The position numbers were made by a program, and so were the translations under genes. This document shows, piece after piece, positions 10,594-20,490 of a stretch of DNA of 57,052 nt (within the stretch, counting starts at the first letter, position 1; every line of letters starts with the position of its first letter). Origin of the DNA: a virus; IMG/VR virus record IMGVR_UViG_3300045988_165774, positions 1 to 57,052 of that record; one strand, written 5' to 3'. Below the pieces are notes generated by a model, which saw only the letters and a program-made list of their open reading frames with translations, ran no database searches and was not told the DNA's origin.

Positions 10594-11174
10594 TTAAAAT
10601 ATTTGACTTGCGTGTACTTGTTTCGGTTTGTCTTTATCGGTGGAGTAGGAGGGTTGGCACTTTAATAACATTTGGATATTTAGCCAGCTTATTTCATGCA
10701 ACACTTCATGATAGCTTAACCCTAGGCCTTTCATGGCGCCGAATATTATTGCCCAAGGACTGTCGTTTTTGTCTTCTTCGTCAGATTCAAACCTTGAAGG
10801 AAAATTATATTGGTCAAAAAAAAAGGAGAGTTCAGGCGTTCCACATACAACTCCTGCAATTCGGTTATTGCCTTTTCATCGAGATTGTTACGGATAAACT
10901 TCTTGTTCTCTATCCTGTCCTCTTCATTTCTATATAATACGATAAGGGCGATGTTCAATTGCACTTCGAGATCGTCAAGGTGGTCTAACATTACCGTCAG
11001 CACGTCCTTCCCTTGGTCTTCCTCCGAAATGCCTTTTAGCTCTGCTATCTCCGCCGATATATCAATAATCTGACCGAGTGTGAGCGGTTTTACTTTCAGT
11101 TCCTCGCCTCCAATATGTATTACCGTGTCCTTTTCATTTATTTCTTTTGCTACTTGTTGCTCTAATGTTTCCAT
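10594..11174 (-). CDS. Tail assembly chaperone GT-like product made by a -1 programmed frameshift
   Basis: Manual translation shows the -1 frame is open from the T9 run for 73 codons (DQYNFPSRFESDEEDKNDSPWAIIFGAMKGLGLSYHEVLHEISWLNIQMLL...). It stops at 10594-10596, 3 nt before the TMP ATG. Confidence 0.7.
10746..11174 (-). CDS. Tail assembly chaperone (G-like), 142 aa
   Basis: Lies between the major tail protein and the TMP. Contains a T9 slippery run near its 3' end. Confidence 0.75.
   Translation of the reverse strand: METLEQQVAKEINEKDTVIHIGGEELKVKPLTLGQIIDISAEIAELKGISEEDQGKDVLTVMLDHLDDLEVQLNIALIVLYRNEEDRIENKKFIRNNLDEKAITELQELYVERLNSPFFLTNIIFLQGLNLTKKTKTTVLGQ
10816..10824 (-). promoter_or_regulatory. 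Slippery sequence for -1 ribosomal frameshift (CC-UUUUUUUUU-G on the mRNA)
   Basis: Nine consecutive A on the plus strand, giving nine U in the chaperone mRNA. Read as CCU UUU UUU UUG in the zero frame. Confidence 0.65.
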
Positions 11175-11217
11175 GTCTATAAAATTAGAGGGGGATTTAT
11201 TTCCCCCTCATTAGTAA

Positions 11218-11796
11218 TTAGGCGGAAACCACCTGTTTTCTTCTCGAACCCGGAATCTGCTTGTTGTCTTTATTGAAATTCGCCATGATGGTACAGGTCA
11301 ATTCGAGGTTAGACAACCCGGATTTTCCCACAACACCGGTTTCTTTTACAACGACTTCAACTTTTGCCCACTGCCGGATAATACCGGGATATTTATCGGC
11401 TGGCATGGTTTCCAATTCCACAGCCTGCGGAGGTAACATGAAAGAAACCGGCTCAACTTCCCAGTCTTTGTTCGGGTCACTTTCTCCTGTCGGCTTTTGC
11501 CACCCAAGGAAATATTTAAATGCCTCTTCCGACATATCATTCGTAGACACCGTAAATGAGCGTGTGCCTTTTCGCGTCTGTATGCTCATAGCAATGTCTT
11601 CCACCTCTTCCCATTCAACATCCAATTTTTCCGGATCTTCCTGATTCATGTTGAATGAATCGGGAACAATCATTTTCATGTCGTATAACGATGCTAATGC
11701 CTCGGAAAAGTCCGGAAAAGAACCGGCATTTTCTCCGGTTATAACTGCCGGCATAAACTTTAGGCTTTTAATGCCATATACAACTCTATCTGCCAT
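11218..11796 (-). CDS. Major tail protein, 192 aa
   Basis: Immediately upstream of the chaperone genes. Size is typical. The call is positional. Confidence 0.6.
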   Translation of the reverse strand: MADRVVYGIKSLKFMPAVITGENAGSFPDFSEALASLYDMKMIVPDSFNMNQEDPEKLDVEWEEVEDIAMSIQTRKGTRSFTVSTNDMSEEAFKYFLGWQKPTGESDPNKDWEVEPVSFMLPPQAVELETMPADKYPGIIRQWAKVEVVVKETGVVGKSGLSNLELTCTIMANFNKDNKQIPGSRRKQVVSA

Positions 11797-11798
11797 AA

Positions 11799-12191
11799 TT
11801 ATAGATTTAAATAAGTTACTTTTACTCTTAAATTTCTGAAATGCGTACCGTTGTCTTCCTTGTAATCCTTGCTTGACACAATGGAAAACTGGAATCCACT
11901 GTAATTCGTGTAATACTGACCTGTTGCGTCTTTATCTCTTCGGAATATCGGCCTTATCTCGTTGTAAGCACTATCAAGCCGTCTGGAGTTCTTTATGCCT
12001 TGTACATCGGGGATATGGATATTGACGTTTACGATAGAAGAATTGAACAATCTTTCTTCGCCAAATTCAAGCGGGAGGATTTCGATGTATTCTCCCCTAT
12101 AATTAGGGTCGCGTGTATCTTCCTTGAAAACTCTTAAATTAGAGTTTTTCAGAAGATTATATACTTCCGTTTCCAACTCGCTCTTTTTCAT
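11799..12191 (-). CDS. Tail terminator / tail completion-like protein, 130 aa
   Basis: Lies between the neck proteins and the major tail protein. 4-nt overlap with the upstream gene. Confidence 0.45.
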   Translation of the reverse strand: MKKSELETEVYNLLKNSNLRVFKEDTRDPNYRGEYIEILPLEFGEERLFNSSIVNVNIHIPDVQGIKNSRRLDSAYNEIRPIFRRDKDATGQYYTNYSGFQFSIVSSKDYKEDNGTHFRNLRVKVTYLNL

Positions 12192-12667
12192 TTCTTGAAT
12201 CCTGCTTGTTTTAATATCCTGTCGATAACGTCATTTATCTGGCTTACTAAATACAATTCGGTTTCAGTCAAGACATTATATCCCTTTGCTTCGACATACT
12301 CTGCGTAATTCATTCCGGCAACGATGATAAGTGTGTATCCTGAGCCGGAAGACTTTCCAAGCTCTTCCGCGTATTTTTTCCCCTCACTTATACCTTCTCC
12401 ATTGTTTCCCTCCGGACCTGAAATAGATTCAAATCCTCCTACATCAATAATATCACCGTCTTTTGCCAGCACATAACCGATTGAACTGCGCAAATTACCT
12501 GTCCGGTCTGTGAAATTTCCGTATGATTTCGCATGAGCTACAGCCTTTCCCCCGACAACGGTTTTCAATGTGAATTTTATTGCCTCTTCCACACGGCCAA
12601 TTGATTCATCAAGTATGCCAAGAACTTGATTAAACTCGTTTTTACTATATGATAATCCGCTTTTCAT
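12188..12667 (-). CDS. HK97 gp10-like head-tail joining protein, 159 aa
   Basis: Segments TGNLRSSIGY and MNYAEYVEAKGY resemble the HK97 gp10 family. Located in the neck module. Confidence 0.55.
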   Translation of the reverse strand: MKSGLSYSKNEFNQVLGILDESIGRVEEAIKFTLKTVVGGKAVAHAKSYGNFTDRTGNLRSSIGYVLAKDGDIIDVGGFESISGPEGNNGEGISEGKKYAEELGKSSGSGYTLIIVAGMNYAEYVEAKGYNVLTETELYLVSQINDVIDRILKQAGFKK

Positions 12668-13032
12668 GTCTTTATCACGTAGTTAAATTTTGTCGATCGG
12701 CTATCGATTACTGTAGCCTCCACTCCGTTCACGGTCTTATCTTTCTTTGTCAATCTTATTGTTGCCCCTTTTTTAGGCAGCTTTCCAGCATCAAAAGATT
12801 TAGGCAAGTAGACATTGAAAGAATAGATGTAAGTCCCGCTAAGCGAATATGAGTTGTTCTCCTCAATGCGGCAATCGGACAAAAATTCAAACCCTCCACC
12901 GCCTTCTTCTCCTCCACTGTCTCCACCTCCGAATATCGGGTCTCCGTTTCCGTCATAGTCAATCGAACCAGATGTTCCTCCTCCTGCGCTTGACGTTGAT
13001 AACTCTATTTTGTCCGGATAATTGTACATCAA
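12664..13032 (-). CDS. Head closure / head-tail adaptor-like protein, 122 aa
   Basis: Located in the neck module. Gly-rich N-terminus. 4-nt overlaps on both sides. Confidence 0.4.
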   Translation of the reverse strand: MMYNYPDKIELSTSSAGGGTSGSIDYDGNGDPIFGGGDSGGEEGGGGFEFLSDCRIEENNSYSLSGTYIYSFNVYLPKSFDAGKLPKKGATIRLTKKDKTVNGVEATVIDSRSTKFNYVIKT

Positions 13033-13337
13033 TAATACGCTGAATAGTCCTTAATCGTGTTATCTTCCTTTGTCATGTCCGGTTCTCCGAGTTCAGACGC
13101 TAACAAGGAATACCATAACAAAACACTCTCCATGTTCCATGATGTGGATGCTCCCCCCTCGCTCATATTCGCTACCGGAATGATTTGTGAAAACTCCTTG
13201 TACATCGCCATTTTGGCAATCTTGGGGTCTACATCTTCATCCGGCGTAATATTCTGATTCAACATTATCACATCAATCTCTTCCGGAGATATATAGAACT
13301 TGGATAATGTAGCAGTTATGTATTCCTTGTAGGTCAT
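13029..13337 (-). CDS. Head-tail connector (gp6-like) protein, 102 aa
   Basis: Small acidic protein just downstream of the capsid genes. The call is positional. Confidence 0.4.
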   Translation of the reverse strand: MTYKEYITATLSKFYISPEEIDVIMLNQNITPDEDVDPKIAKMAMYKEFSQIIPVANMSEGGASTSWNMESVLLWYSLLASELGEPDMTKEDNTIKDYSAYY

Positions 13338-13349
13338 ATTACATCAATT

Positions 13350-13556
13350 TTAAGCATCCTTGGTTTTTCTTCCCTTCCCGGTTGTATCCTCTTTCTCTTC
13401 TTCGGTTGTATCCTCTTTCTTATTAAAAGGCTCAACCAAACCAAGTGCAATAAGTTCATTCCCACGCTCTTCATTGAGCGTAATGACATCCCCGGCTTTA
13501 TATAACCGGGAATAGTCATATTTGTCTCTGAAATCCGATAAAATCTTTACTTTCAT
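13350..13556 (-). CDS. Small hypothetical protein (68 aa) with an internal tandem repeat
   Basis: ORF track. An 18-nt exact repeat with 24-nt period (13379-13396 and 13403-13420) encodes KEDTT twice. Confidence 0.5.
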   Translation of the reverse strand: MKVKILSDFRDKYDYSRLYKAGDVITLNEERGNELIALGLVEPFNKKEDTTEEEKEDTTGKGRKTKDA

Positions 13557-14641
13557 GCCTGTACGGTTGTGGTGTCCATAGTATAAATTCTATCAACGTT
13601 CGCGATTACAGGAACGACACGAGCCTGTGAAGTGGTGTATTCGCGGAGAGAAGGACGATTTTCCCGGAATTTGGAAACGAGCAAATACTGGTCTACCGTC
13701 TGATAGTTTACTCCCTGTACAGGGTGATTCATTTCTGCGAGACGCGACCACACCAAGGAGCCTAACTGACGATCACAAACAAATACAATCATCCCTTTCT
13801 TCCATGGTGTATTGTTTGTCTGTGTCCCGTTTTTCTCCGTCTTGATAGTCCTGTCAACTTTAGTAACAGTGAAATTAAACTTACTTGACATTACCCTGTT
13901 TGCCTGGGTGTTGTCAAGTACAGGGATATTGGTACCGACGAAACCCTGCAAAAATGCGAACTGCTGGCGTACCTGGTCGGATGCGTTGAAGTTGTCAAAC
14001 CATGCTTGGTCAGCATAAGCTCCGATGATAACATTGCCGTCTTGTTCAGCTTTTTTAAGAACTTTCCGGATATCATCAATCGGCTTTGAAGTTGATGTGT
14101 TTCCTTCCCAAACGACTTTGACGCCGAATTTATTTGCGGTAAGGTATCCGTAATCCACACGTACACCGGTGCCTACATTGTCTGTATCTGCCAATGCCAC
14201 ACCGGTAGACAGGCCTTGCAAGAACATCAATTCGATACGCTCCCAGATACCGGCAATCACGCGCGGAGTGTCCTCGAAGATTTTGGCGATGATGGTTTTT
14301 TCATCAAATCCCTGTGCGAGTAACGTATCAATGTCCGTCATCTGCTTTTCGTTAAGGAACAATTCCATGCCCATCTTTGGAAGTTCTCCGCTTGCTTTCT
14401 CCAACGAATCACGCTTTTTCAACGGAAGCGGTGAATCCATTGCAACCACATCGGCGGCAACCCGCGTATATTGTCCCGTAAGGGATGCCCAACGGCCATC
14501 TACTGAATAATCCGTTTTAAGCAACTGCTTGAACATATAAGACAGCTGCGTCTGATTCTTGTCGTTCAGTTTTTCCACAATAGCCAAAATCAGCTTCGGG
14601 AAGTTTTTCTGAATCAAATCAAAGTAAAGTGATTTTTCCAT
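13553..14641 (-). CDS. Major capsid protein, 362 aa
   Basis: Size and position after the scaffold and a small decoration-like gene. No other capsid-sized ORF in the head module. Confidence 0.7.
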   Translation of the reverse strand: MEKSLYFDLIQKNFPKLILAIVEKLNDKNQTQLSYMFKQLLKTDYSVDGRWASLTGQYTRVAADVVAMDSPLPLKKRDSLEKASGELPKMGMELFLNEKQMTDIDTLLAQGFDEKTIIAKIFEDTPRVIAGIWERIELMFLQGLSTGVALADTDNVGTGVRVDYGYLTANKFGVKVVWEGNTSTSKPIDDIRKVLKKAEQDGNVIIGAYADQAWFDNFNASDQVRQQFAFLQGFVGTNIPVLDNTQANRVMSSKFNFTVTKVDRTIKTEKNGTQTNNTPWKKGMIVFVCDRQLGSLVWSRLAEMNHPVQGVNYQTVDQYLLVSKFRENRPSLREYTTSQARVVPVIANVDRIYTMDTTTVQA

Positions 14642-14644
14642 GTC

Positions 14645-15043
14645 TTAGTCCTCCTGATAATCGATTAACGGTAATGCGGTCTTCAATGCGGTGATAAGAT
14701 CGGCACTCATGGTGTATGGTGCTGCTTTTGGGTTGATGGTGCCTCGCGTCATGATAGCGGCAAACGGTTTGCTTGCCGGGATGGTTGCTACGAGAACCCC
14801 ACAATACTTCGACGTTGATTCACCGTCAAGTGGGGTATATGCTGCCTCGCTGACAGGCAGAGGCTGAATCTTGCCGTCTGACGTTTCAATAAGAATGTGT
14901 CCGGCTTTTACAAATTTCTCCGTGTATCCTGTCAAGTCAAGCGAGCGACCGCCACGGATGCCGTCAAAGTAATTCACGATAACGATATTGTCGTTACCGG
15001 TAATGACTCCTTGTGGCTCATTCACTAAATTTACTACTGTCAT
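14645..15043 (-). CDS. Head decoration-like protein, 132 aa
   Basis: Lies between the scaffold and capsid genes, as lambda D does. The call is positional. Confidence 0.4.
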   Translation of the reverse strand: MTVVNLVNEPQGVITGNDNIVIVNYFDGIRGGRSLDLTGYTEKFVKAGHILIETSDGKIQPLPVSEAAYTPLDGESTSKYCGVLVATIPASKPFAAIMTRGTINPKAAPYTMSADLITALKTALPLIDYQED

Positions 15044-15055
15044 TTCCTTCTGATT

Positions 15056-15664
15056 TTAGATTAATAAACTATCCGCAATTTCCTTGGCTTGCTCTTGAGT
15101 GATTTCGCCTTTGTTTTGCGGAAAACCACCTCTTTCCGGAATGCCTTTGTCTACCATGTGCTGTTTATAGGCGGTTAGATGTGACGTAATCCCAGCGTTA
15201 TCAAGTTCTGCCGGCACGTTGAGATACTTCAAGTCTGATTCGTCGATACCCAGCCTTTTGGCTTCGGAAGAGATAAAAGTGTTCCGGTCGGTATCTGCCT
15301 TGTCTTTTTCGTAAGATTGGATTTTCTCTTGAAAAGGCTTGACCGCTTCGGCAACTGCCGCCGCAACCATGGCTTTAATGTCGTCCGGTTTGGGTTCATC
15401 TTTCTTGCCAAGATCGCCCTTCTTGTCCTGTTTGGCTTTCAGTTCGTCGTACTGCTTTTGAAGTTCGGATTTCTCCGTCCTTACCTTGTCTACATCGCCC
15501 TGGAATGCTTTCAGCAAGGGTTCAACCCCTGCGATTGCTGCCTCGATTTGTGATTCTTCTGTGACGGTTTTAGATAAGTAATCAGCCACCCCGTCAAAAG
15601 CTTTTTCGCCAAACCCTAAGTTGGAATACTTAGTTTTCAGTTGAGATAAGATTTTTGTTTTCAT
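15056..15664 (-). CDS. Scaffolding protein, 202 aa (start moved to the ATG at 15664)
   Basis: Lys/Glu/Ala-rich coiled coil (MKTKILSQLKTKYSNLGF...), upstream of the capsid gene. The longer track ORF begins at a non-ATG codon. Confidence 0.55.
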   Translation of the reverse strand: MKTKILSQLKTKYSNLGFGEKAFDGVADYLSKTVTEESQIEAAIAGVEPLLKAFQGDVDKVRTEKSELQKQYDELKAKQDKKGDLGKKDEPKPDDIKAMVAAAVAEAVKPFQEKIQSYEKDKADTDRNTFISSEAKRLGIDESDLKYLNVPAELDNAGITSHLTAYKQHMVDKGIPERGGFPQNKGEITQEQAKEIADSLLI

Positions 15665-15827
15665 TCGTGATGAATAAAAAAAGGCAAACGTCCGATAGTA
15701 TAAATACAACTATCAGGCGCTTGCCTTTTCTGTTAGCAATTCCGTTATTTTAATTGGTAGTGTACATCATCATACACCTGATAGTATTGCAAATGTACAC
15801 ATTATTTTTATTTAATCCAAATAAAAA

Positions 15828-16943
15828 TTACAAATCTTTGAACACCTTTGGATAAATGAAATACTTTTCCGCATATTTAGGATTATTTGTGACGTAGTAG
15901 GGCAGGGCACTCCATCCCGATATTTGTTTTTTATGAGTTTGTGACCACTTGATGAACTTATCTGGTATGTCGGTTATCATCTTTGGTTTTACCGTTGTCG
16001 GTTCTTTGCCGTCTAATATCGCTTGCGTCATAGCGGCAATGTCTTCTTGTGTAGCGAATATCGGCGTCATGATACATCGGCAATGCGGATGCCATCCGTA
16101 CCATACGAAATCTTTTGGGTACCTGCCTTGTGCATAGTCGCATATATCAATAAATGGCTCCGGCTTTCCTGTTTTCGGGTTCTTTAGCGTGTGGTTGTTC
16201 GATAATCTGATTTGAAAGCCTACAATTACCGGATTGTTTTGATAACTTTCCCATTCAGCCATCCGGTAAGAATTGTTTATTTCTGTTGCTGCAAGTCTTC
16301 TTGCGTTCATATAGGAAGACCGATATACGCCTTGCCCGGGGTGATATTGCTTCGCCGCTTTGCTTAGCTTCAATTCTCCGGTTTCCTTGTCTCTTACGCG
16401 GCGGAATAGCTTTTTCGGTTCTTGTAGATATTCCCTTAAATCTTTGCTTAATTTTTGCGCCGATTCTCCGTTTGACACGGCAAGTTGTACGGATTCTTCA
16501 ATTTGTGCCTTTATCCCGTCTTTCCATACTCTTGTGGATATGTCAAATTTATCTTTATTGAATTTAAAGGCATCCATCGCCTTATTCCGGTGCTTAAACA
16601 ATCCGGATTTCCGCAAATTATCGGCTAATTCTGTAGAAATCTTGCTTAATACAAGCGTTTCCGTGACTTTTTCACCAATTCTCCATGCCGTTTCTTGGGC
16701 CGATGTGACAATAGAGTATATTTCATCGATAAGTTTGTCTATTTTCCCGTCGATGCCTTTTATTCCGTTAATATCAGAGAAAGATTTCAACTTTTTACCG
16801 GATAGATACGATTTAATACCCGGAATATTTGCTATCTCGCTTGAAAATTCGGAATACAAACGCTTCAAGCGGGATGCCGTTTGGGCGTCTAATTCGAGCA
16901 ACAGGTTATATAACTGCTCGAGTGTTAAATCGTCTGTCTTCAT
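15828..16943 (-). CDS. Head morphogenesis protein (SPP1 gp7 / Mu F-like), 371 aa
   Basis: Follows the portal gene. C-terminal WHPHCRCIMTP motif is typical of this family. Confidence 0.7.
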   Translation of the reverse strand: MKTDDLTLEQLYNLLLELDAQTASRLKRLYSEFSSEIANIPGIKSYLSGKKLKSFSDINGIKGIDGKIDKLIDEIYSIVTSAQETAWRIGEKVTETLVLSKISTELADNLRKSGLFKHRNKAMDAFKFNKDKFDISTRVWKDGIKAQIEESVQLAVSNGESAQKLSKDLREYLQEPKKLFRRVRDKETGELKLSKAAKQYHPGQGVYRSSYMNARRLAATEINNSYRMAEWESYQNNPVIVGFQIRLSNNHTLKNPKTGKPEPFIDICDYAQGRYPKDFVWYGWHPHCRCIMTPIFATQEDIAAMTQAILDGKEPTTVKPKMITDIPDKFIKWSQTHKKQISGWSALPYYVTNNPKYAEKYFIYPKVFKDL

Positions 16944-17045
16944 CTTTTCTTTCTTCTTTCTCTTCTCTTTGTTTTGCCATCTGGATAGTCTTCAAGATAC
17001 GAATTTCTGAACACGGAAAGGATATGAAGCCAAAACCGGTATAAA

Positions 17046-18527
17046 TTACTCCTCTTCTTCTTCATTTTTTTGGGTCCGTTGAAATTCTCCTAACAAAGAG
17101 CCTTGTGTTTCTATCTGTTGCTCGCGTCTTTCCTTTAATTCTGTCAGGATCTTGTCAAGCTCGACGCTCGGGTCGTTGATATAGTCAATCAACGTAAGTG
17201 CGGTTTCCCGGCTTATCAGCTCGGAGCTGTAAAGATTAATAATGTCTGCTATCTTTTCGCTTACGTCGTCCTGGAATGGTTCGGCAAGCTGGCATGAAAC
17301 CGAAAGATTTTCAACTACTGACTTTAAAGATACGTCAAGCACATTCCCGATAATCGCCTTTATAATGCTTGCTTCTCGCTCATGTGCAATGTAGTATATC
17401 TCCATATTCTTCGCCCTCTTCATGTAGCCTAATGCCATAGCCCTTTTTAACGCCCTGCCTGTCGGTGCGCCTGCTGCTACAAGTGCGTCAAATGATAAGT
17501 CCGGCGTCATAGATAGCATATAGATACACTTTTCGAGGTCTTTAATCTCTTCTCTTTTCAAATCGACAGCCGTATCTACGGAAAGATAGTCAAATTTGCT
17601 GTCTTTGCTCGGTACGCCGACCACTTTACCGCCTCCTGCTTTTTCAGTGTCCGGCAATCCTGCCGTGTCTTTTTTGCTCTTTAAAGATTCGGCAACGTCA
17701 GCAGACATAACTAGTATCGGGTCGGCAACATAATCGTTTACATCGGAAACACGCGAACGGAGAGCCTCAATTCTATCTATTAAAGGCTGAATGCCGTACC
17801 AAGCCTTGTTTTGTGTGACATATATAACAGGGATTTTCCCTATATCGTTTTTTTCTGCTACAACTTCCCAAGCTCCATTTGTTTTTTTGCATCGGTAAAT
17901 AATAGTCGGGTAGTATATATCGAAGTGGTAAACCGTTTTTACCCCCTCCAACAGGTAATATCCATGCCCGAAAGAAAGCATGTTGTCGTATTGGTCGAAG
18001 AGCGGCCTTAATTCATCCCCTTTGCTTTTTGCGAGGACTTTAACACCAACCTTTTTCTCTCCAGCATCATTTTTGTAAACATAGTACAATTTTGCCGCCT
18101 CTGTTTCCGCGCCGGCTAATCTCTTAAACTCCCTCTGTGTGGTGTTCCATCGCGTGTTTTTCAGTACATCGGAATAAACTTGGAAAGCTCTATCCGCTCC
18201 GTCTGAATCCTGCTGCCATGTCGGAGGGTTCCCATACATGAATGTCAGTTCTATTTCATTGATGATTTGCTGATAGGGAGCTGATAGTTTTGCGAGGACT
18301 TTAGGAGGTCTCCCGATTCTAATTTTGTCTTGTTTACGCATAATCTTATGCGTATCCGGATTGTACTCTAAAATAGCCTCGTTTACCTCTTCGTCCCTGT
18401 TTTGTAACAAAGAAATGACCTTTGAAATGTCCCTATCCCGGATCAATTCTTCAACAGTCCGATTAATCCCGATAGCATTCTGAATAGTGTTTGATGCCGA
18501 ATTGAAAAAAGTAGATAAGAAATTCAT
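17046..18527 (-). CDS. Portal protein, 493 aa
   Basis: Size and position directly after the large terminase. Acidic C-terminus. Confidence 0.8.
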   Translation of the reverse strand: MNFLSTFFNSASNTIQNAIGINRTVEELIRDRDISKVISLLQNRDEEVNEAILEYNPDTHKIMRKQDKIRIGRPPKVLAKLSAPYQQIINEIELTFMYGNPPTWQQDSDGADRAFQVYSDVLKNTRWNTTQREFKRLAGAETEAAKLYYVYKNDAGEKKVGVKVLAKSKGDELRPLFDQYDNMLSFGHGYYLLEGVKTVYHFDIYYPTIIYRCKKTNGAWEVVAEKNDIGKIPVIYVTQNKAWYGIQPLIDRIEALRSRVSDVNDYVADPILVMSADVAESLKSKKDTAGLPDTEKAGGGKVVGVPSKDSKFDYLSVDTAVDLKREEIKDLEKCIYMLSMTPDLSFDALVAAGAPTGRALKRAMALGYMKRAKNMEIYYIAHEREASIIKAIIGNVLDVSLKSVVENLSVSCQLAEPFQDDVSEKIADIINLYSSELISRETALTLIDYINDPSVELDKILTELKERREQQIETQGSLLGEFQRTQKNEEEEE

Positions 18528-18592
18528 GGCTTGCCGTTCTGTTTTGGGTGCCTTGTAACATCACAAGACAATGCAAATATAGTGATTTTCAG

Positions 18593-19816
18593 TTATAATA
18601 TATCAATATCAAACTCATCTTTGTCGTAAAATACTTTCCGGTCGTAAATATGTCCTAATATTTCAGCAAGCACCCAATATCTTACTGCGTCAATGGCATG
18701 GTTGAACTTGTCAATCGGTTCATTTAGCCATTTTCCAGCCTTGTCTTGCAAGTAGGTATAATTATTAAACTCCTTTATTACATTCGAACTTCTGCGAGTA
18801 ATACATATCTCGTATTCTTGCATTTTTTGAATGCCGGCCATCACACTACCTTTGAACTTCTCAACAGGATAGATGTTTATTCCAGCATTATATATTTCTT
18901 GAATCAGTCGAGGGTCTGCACTTTCGGAAATAACTCTCATCTTCGGCACACCTTTGAACTCTTCTATTATGTCGTCGGCTAACATGTGCGTCTTATAGCA
19001 TATTTCATCTATGTATAGCTTATTGTCAAGCAAACCAACATTCACTATAGCTGTAGGGTCATGAGTATATCCAAAGTCGTTAGCGTATCCGCGCTTCTTG
19101 CAATAATCCGGTATTGAATCAACTAACGTGTATTTAGGGAAAACAAGCCCCTCTACTTGGCATTGCAATCCAAGCCCATAAACCCGCCATAGGGATTCAT
19201 TTTTATATTTCAAACTCTCTATTTCGTCAACGATTGTTTGCTCAAGAAATGGGTTGTCCTTGTATGTAGTTATAAAATGATAGGTGCGCGGGTCTCTATT
19301 GATTTCACAAAGCCAGTGATCATCGGAAAAAGACGGGTTATAATCAATAACGGCAAACTTTGTCGTTCTCATTTTAAGCTGCTGCCATTCAATAAATGAT
19401 ATTTCGTTAGCCTCATTCACGAATAATATATCGCGCTTACGTCCTCTTATCTTCTGCTCATCATCGGTAGAGAAAAAATCAATCCATGAACCGTTTGGGA
19501 ATGTATAGATGAAGTCTGTTTTGTTCATACATCCTCTCTCATTATATATTCCCATGTTCCGCATTATCTCCTTGAAATCAACAAATACGGTAGCCTTTAA
19601 TGCCGGAAGTGTCTTTCTGACGATAGATAATCTTAAACCGGGATTCTGTAATAAATAGGTGATAAGTCTTATAAGGATGTTGTATGTCTTACTCGAACGG
19701 CTGGAGCCTTGCGCCGATATCGTGGTATATTTGCGCTTTTTTTGTCCGTCTACAATATTAAACTGATTAATAGCATTATCAACAATGGAGAATATTTTAG
19801 TAGTTTGTATCTTCAT
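18593..19816 (-). CDS. terL: Terminase large subunit (PBSX/Terminase_3-like), 407 aa
   Basis: Walker A-like QGSSRSSKT, Walker B-like DILFVNEA, C-terminal nuclease segments DFGYTHDPTA and NHAIDAVRY. Confidence 0.9.
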   Translation of the reverse strand: MKIQTTKIFSIVDNAINQFNIVDGQKKRKYTTISAQGSSRSSKTYNILIRLITYLLQNPGLRLSIVRKTLPALKATVFVDFKEIMRNMGIYNERGCMNKTDFIYTFPNGSWIDFFSTDDEQKIRGRKRDILFVNEANEISFIEWQQLKMRTTKFAVIDYNPSFSDDHWLCEINRDPRTYHFITTYKDNPFLEQTIVDEIESLKYKNESLWRVYGLGLQCQVEGLVFPKYTLVDSIPDYCKKRGYANDFGYTHDPTAIVNVGLLDNKLYIDEICYKTHMLADDIIEEFKGVPKMRVISESADPRLIQEIYNAGINIYPVEKFKGSVMAGIQKMQEYEICITRRSSNVIKEFNNYTYLQDKAGKWLNEPIDKFNHAIDAVRYWVLAEILGHIYDRKVFYDKDEFDIDIL

Positions 19817-20381
19817 GTTCTACATCCTCCCTTTTGTCAATAATCTCGATGTCGATTTTTGGGATTAAGTCTTTCCCGTCCTTGCCGGTTATCTCTTGTT
19901 TTACAGGAGCATCAAAGCCAAGCATCCTACTAATGCTATCAAGGCTTTTTTGCTTGTCATACAATTTCACTTTTACATATTCCTCTTCTACCGGACCATC
20001 CCCGATATACCTCTTTATTGTTTTTGTAGATATTTCCTGTATGCAAGCTTTTACGGAATCGGGTAGTTGTTCGAAGTCTTTCAAACTAATCCATCCGTCA
20101 CGTAATTGTCCTGCGTTTGAAAATGCAATACGCTCATGTTCTTTCAATATCCGGAGTGCAGATATTCCTGCCGTTTCAGCAAGATTATTCTGCATTTCTG
20201 AAATTCTGTTTTTAATGTTAGGTTTTCTTAGGTTTTCAAACCCAATCACGGATGCCGTATCTTGGCTATACCCTGCACGAATAGCGGCCTGTGTTGCATT
20301 GTAGTCAATGCAATACTCATAACAGAATTTTTCCTGCTTTGCAGTTAATTTTTCACATTTAGGTTTTTTGGGAGATTTCAT
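19797..20381 (-). CDS. terS: Terminase small subunit (Terminase_2-like), 194 aa
   Basis: N-terminal LTAKQEKFCYEYCIDYNATQAAIRAGYS motif. Overlaps terL by 20 nt. Confidence 0.85.
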   Translation of the reverse strand: MKSPKKPKCEKLTAKQEKFCYEYCIDYNATQAAIRAGYSQDTASVIGFENLRKPNIKNRISEMQNNLAETAGISALRILKEHERIAFSNAGQLRDGWISLKDFEQLPDSVKACIQEISTKTIKRYIGDGPVEEEYVKVKLYDKQKSLDSISRMLGFDAPVKQEITGKDGKDLIPKIDIEIIDKREDVEHEDTNY

Positions 20382-20424
20382 GCCCGCCGTTCAGATTAAT
20401 GTGTGTTGTTACATAACAACAAGA

Positions 20425-20456
20425 CAAAAATAGCGATTATTTATAATAAATCCAAA
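20425..20456 (-). promoter_or_regulatory. Candidate late-operon promoter (minus strand TTTG-N20-TATTTTTG)
   Basis: The reverse complement of 20425-20432 is TATTTTTG, and TTTG lies at 20453-20456 on the reverse complement. Upstream of terS. Confidence 0.45.
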
Positions 20457-20490
20457 TAACGCATTTCATGAAAATACTTTGAAAAAAGTA

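Noticed and set aside
16360-17010. 216-aa plus-strand ORF
   Set aside because: It is antisense to the head-morphogenesis gene inside a tightly packed minus-strand operon, with low-complexity Ser/Phe/Leu composition.
19834-20304. 156-aa plus-strand ORF
   Set aside because: It is antisense to terS, which has a clear Terminase_2 N-terminal motif.
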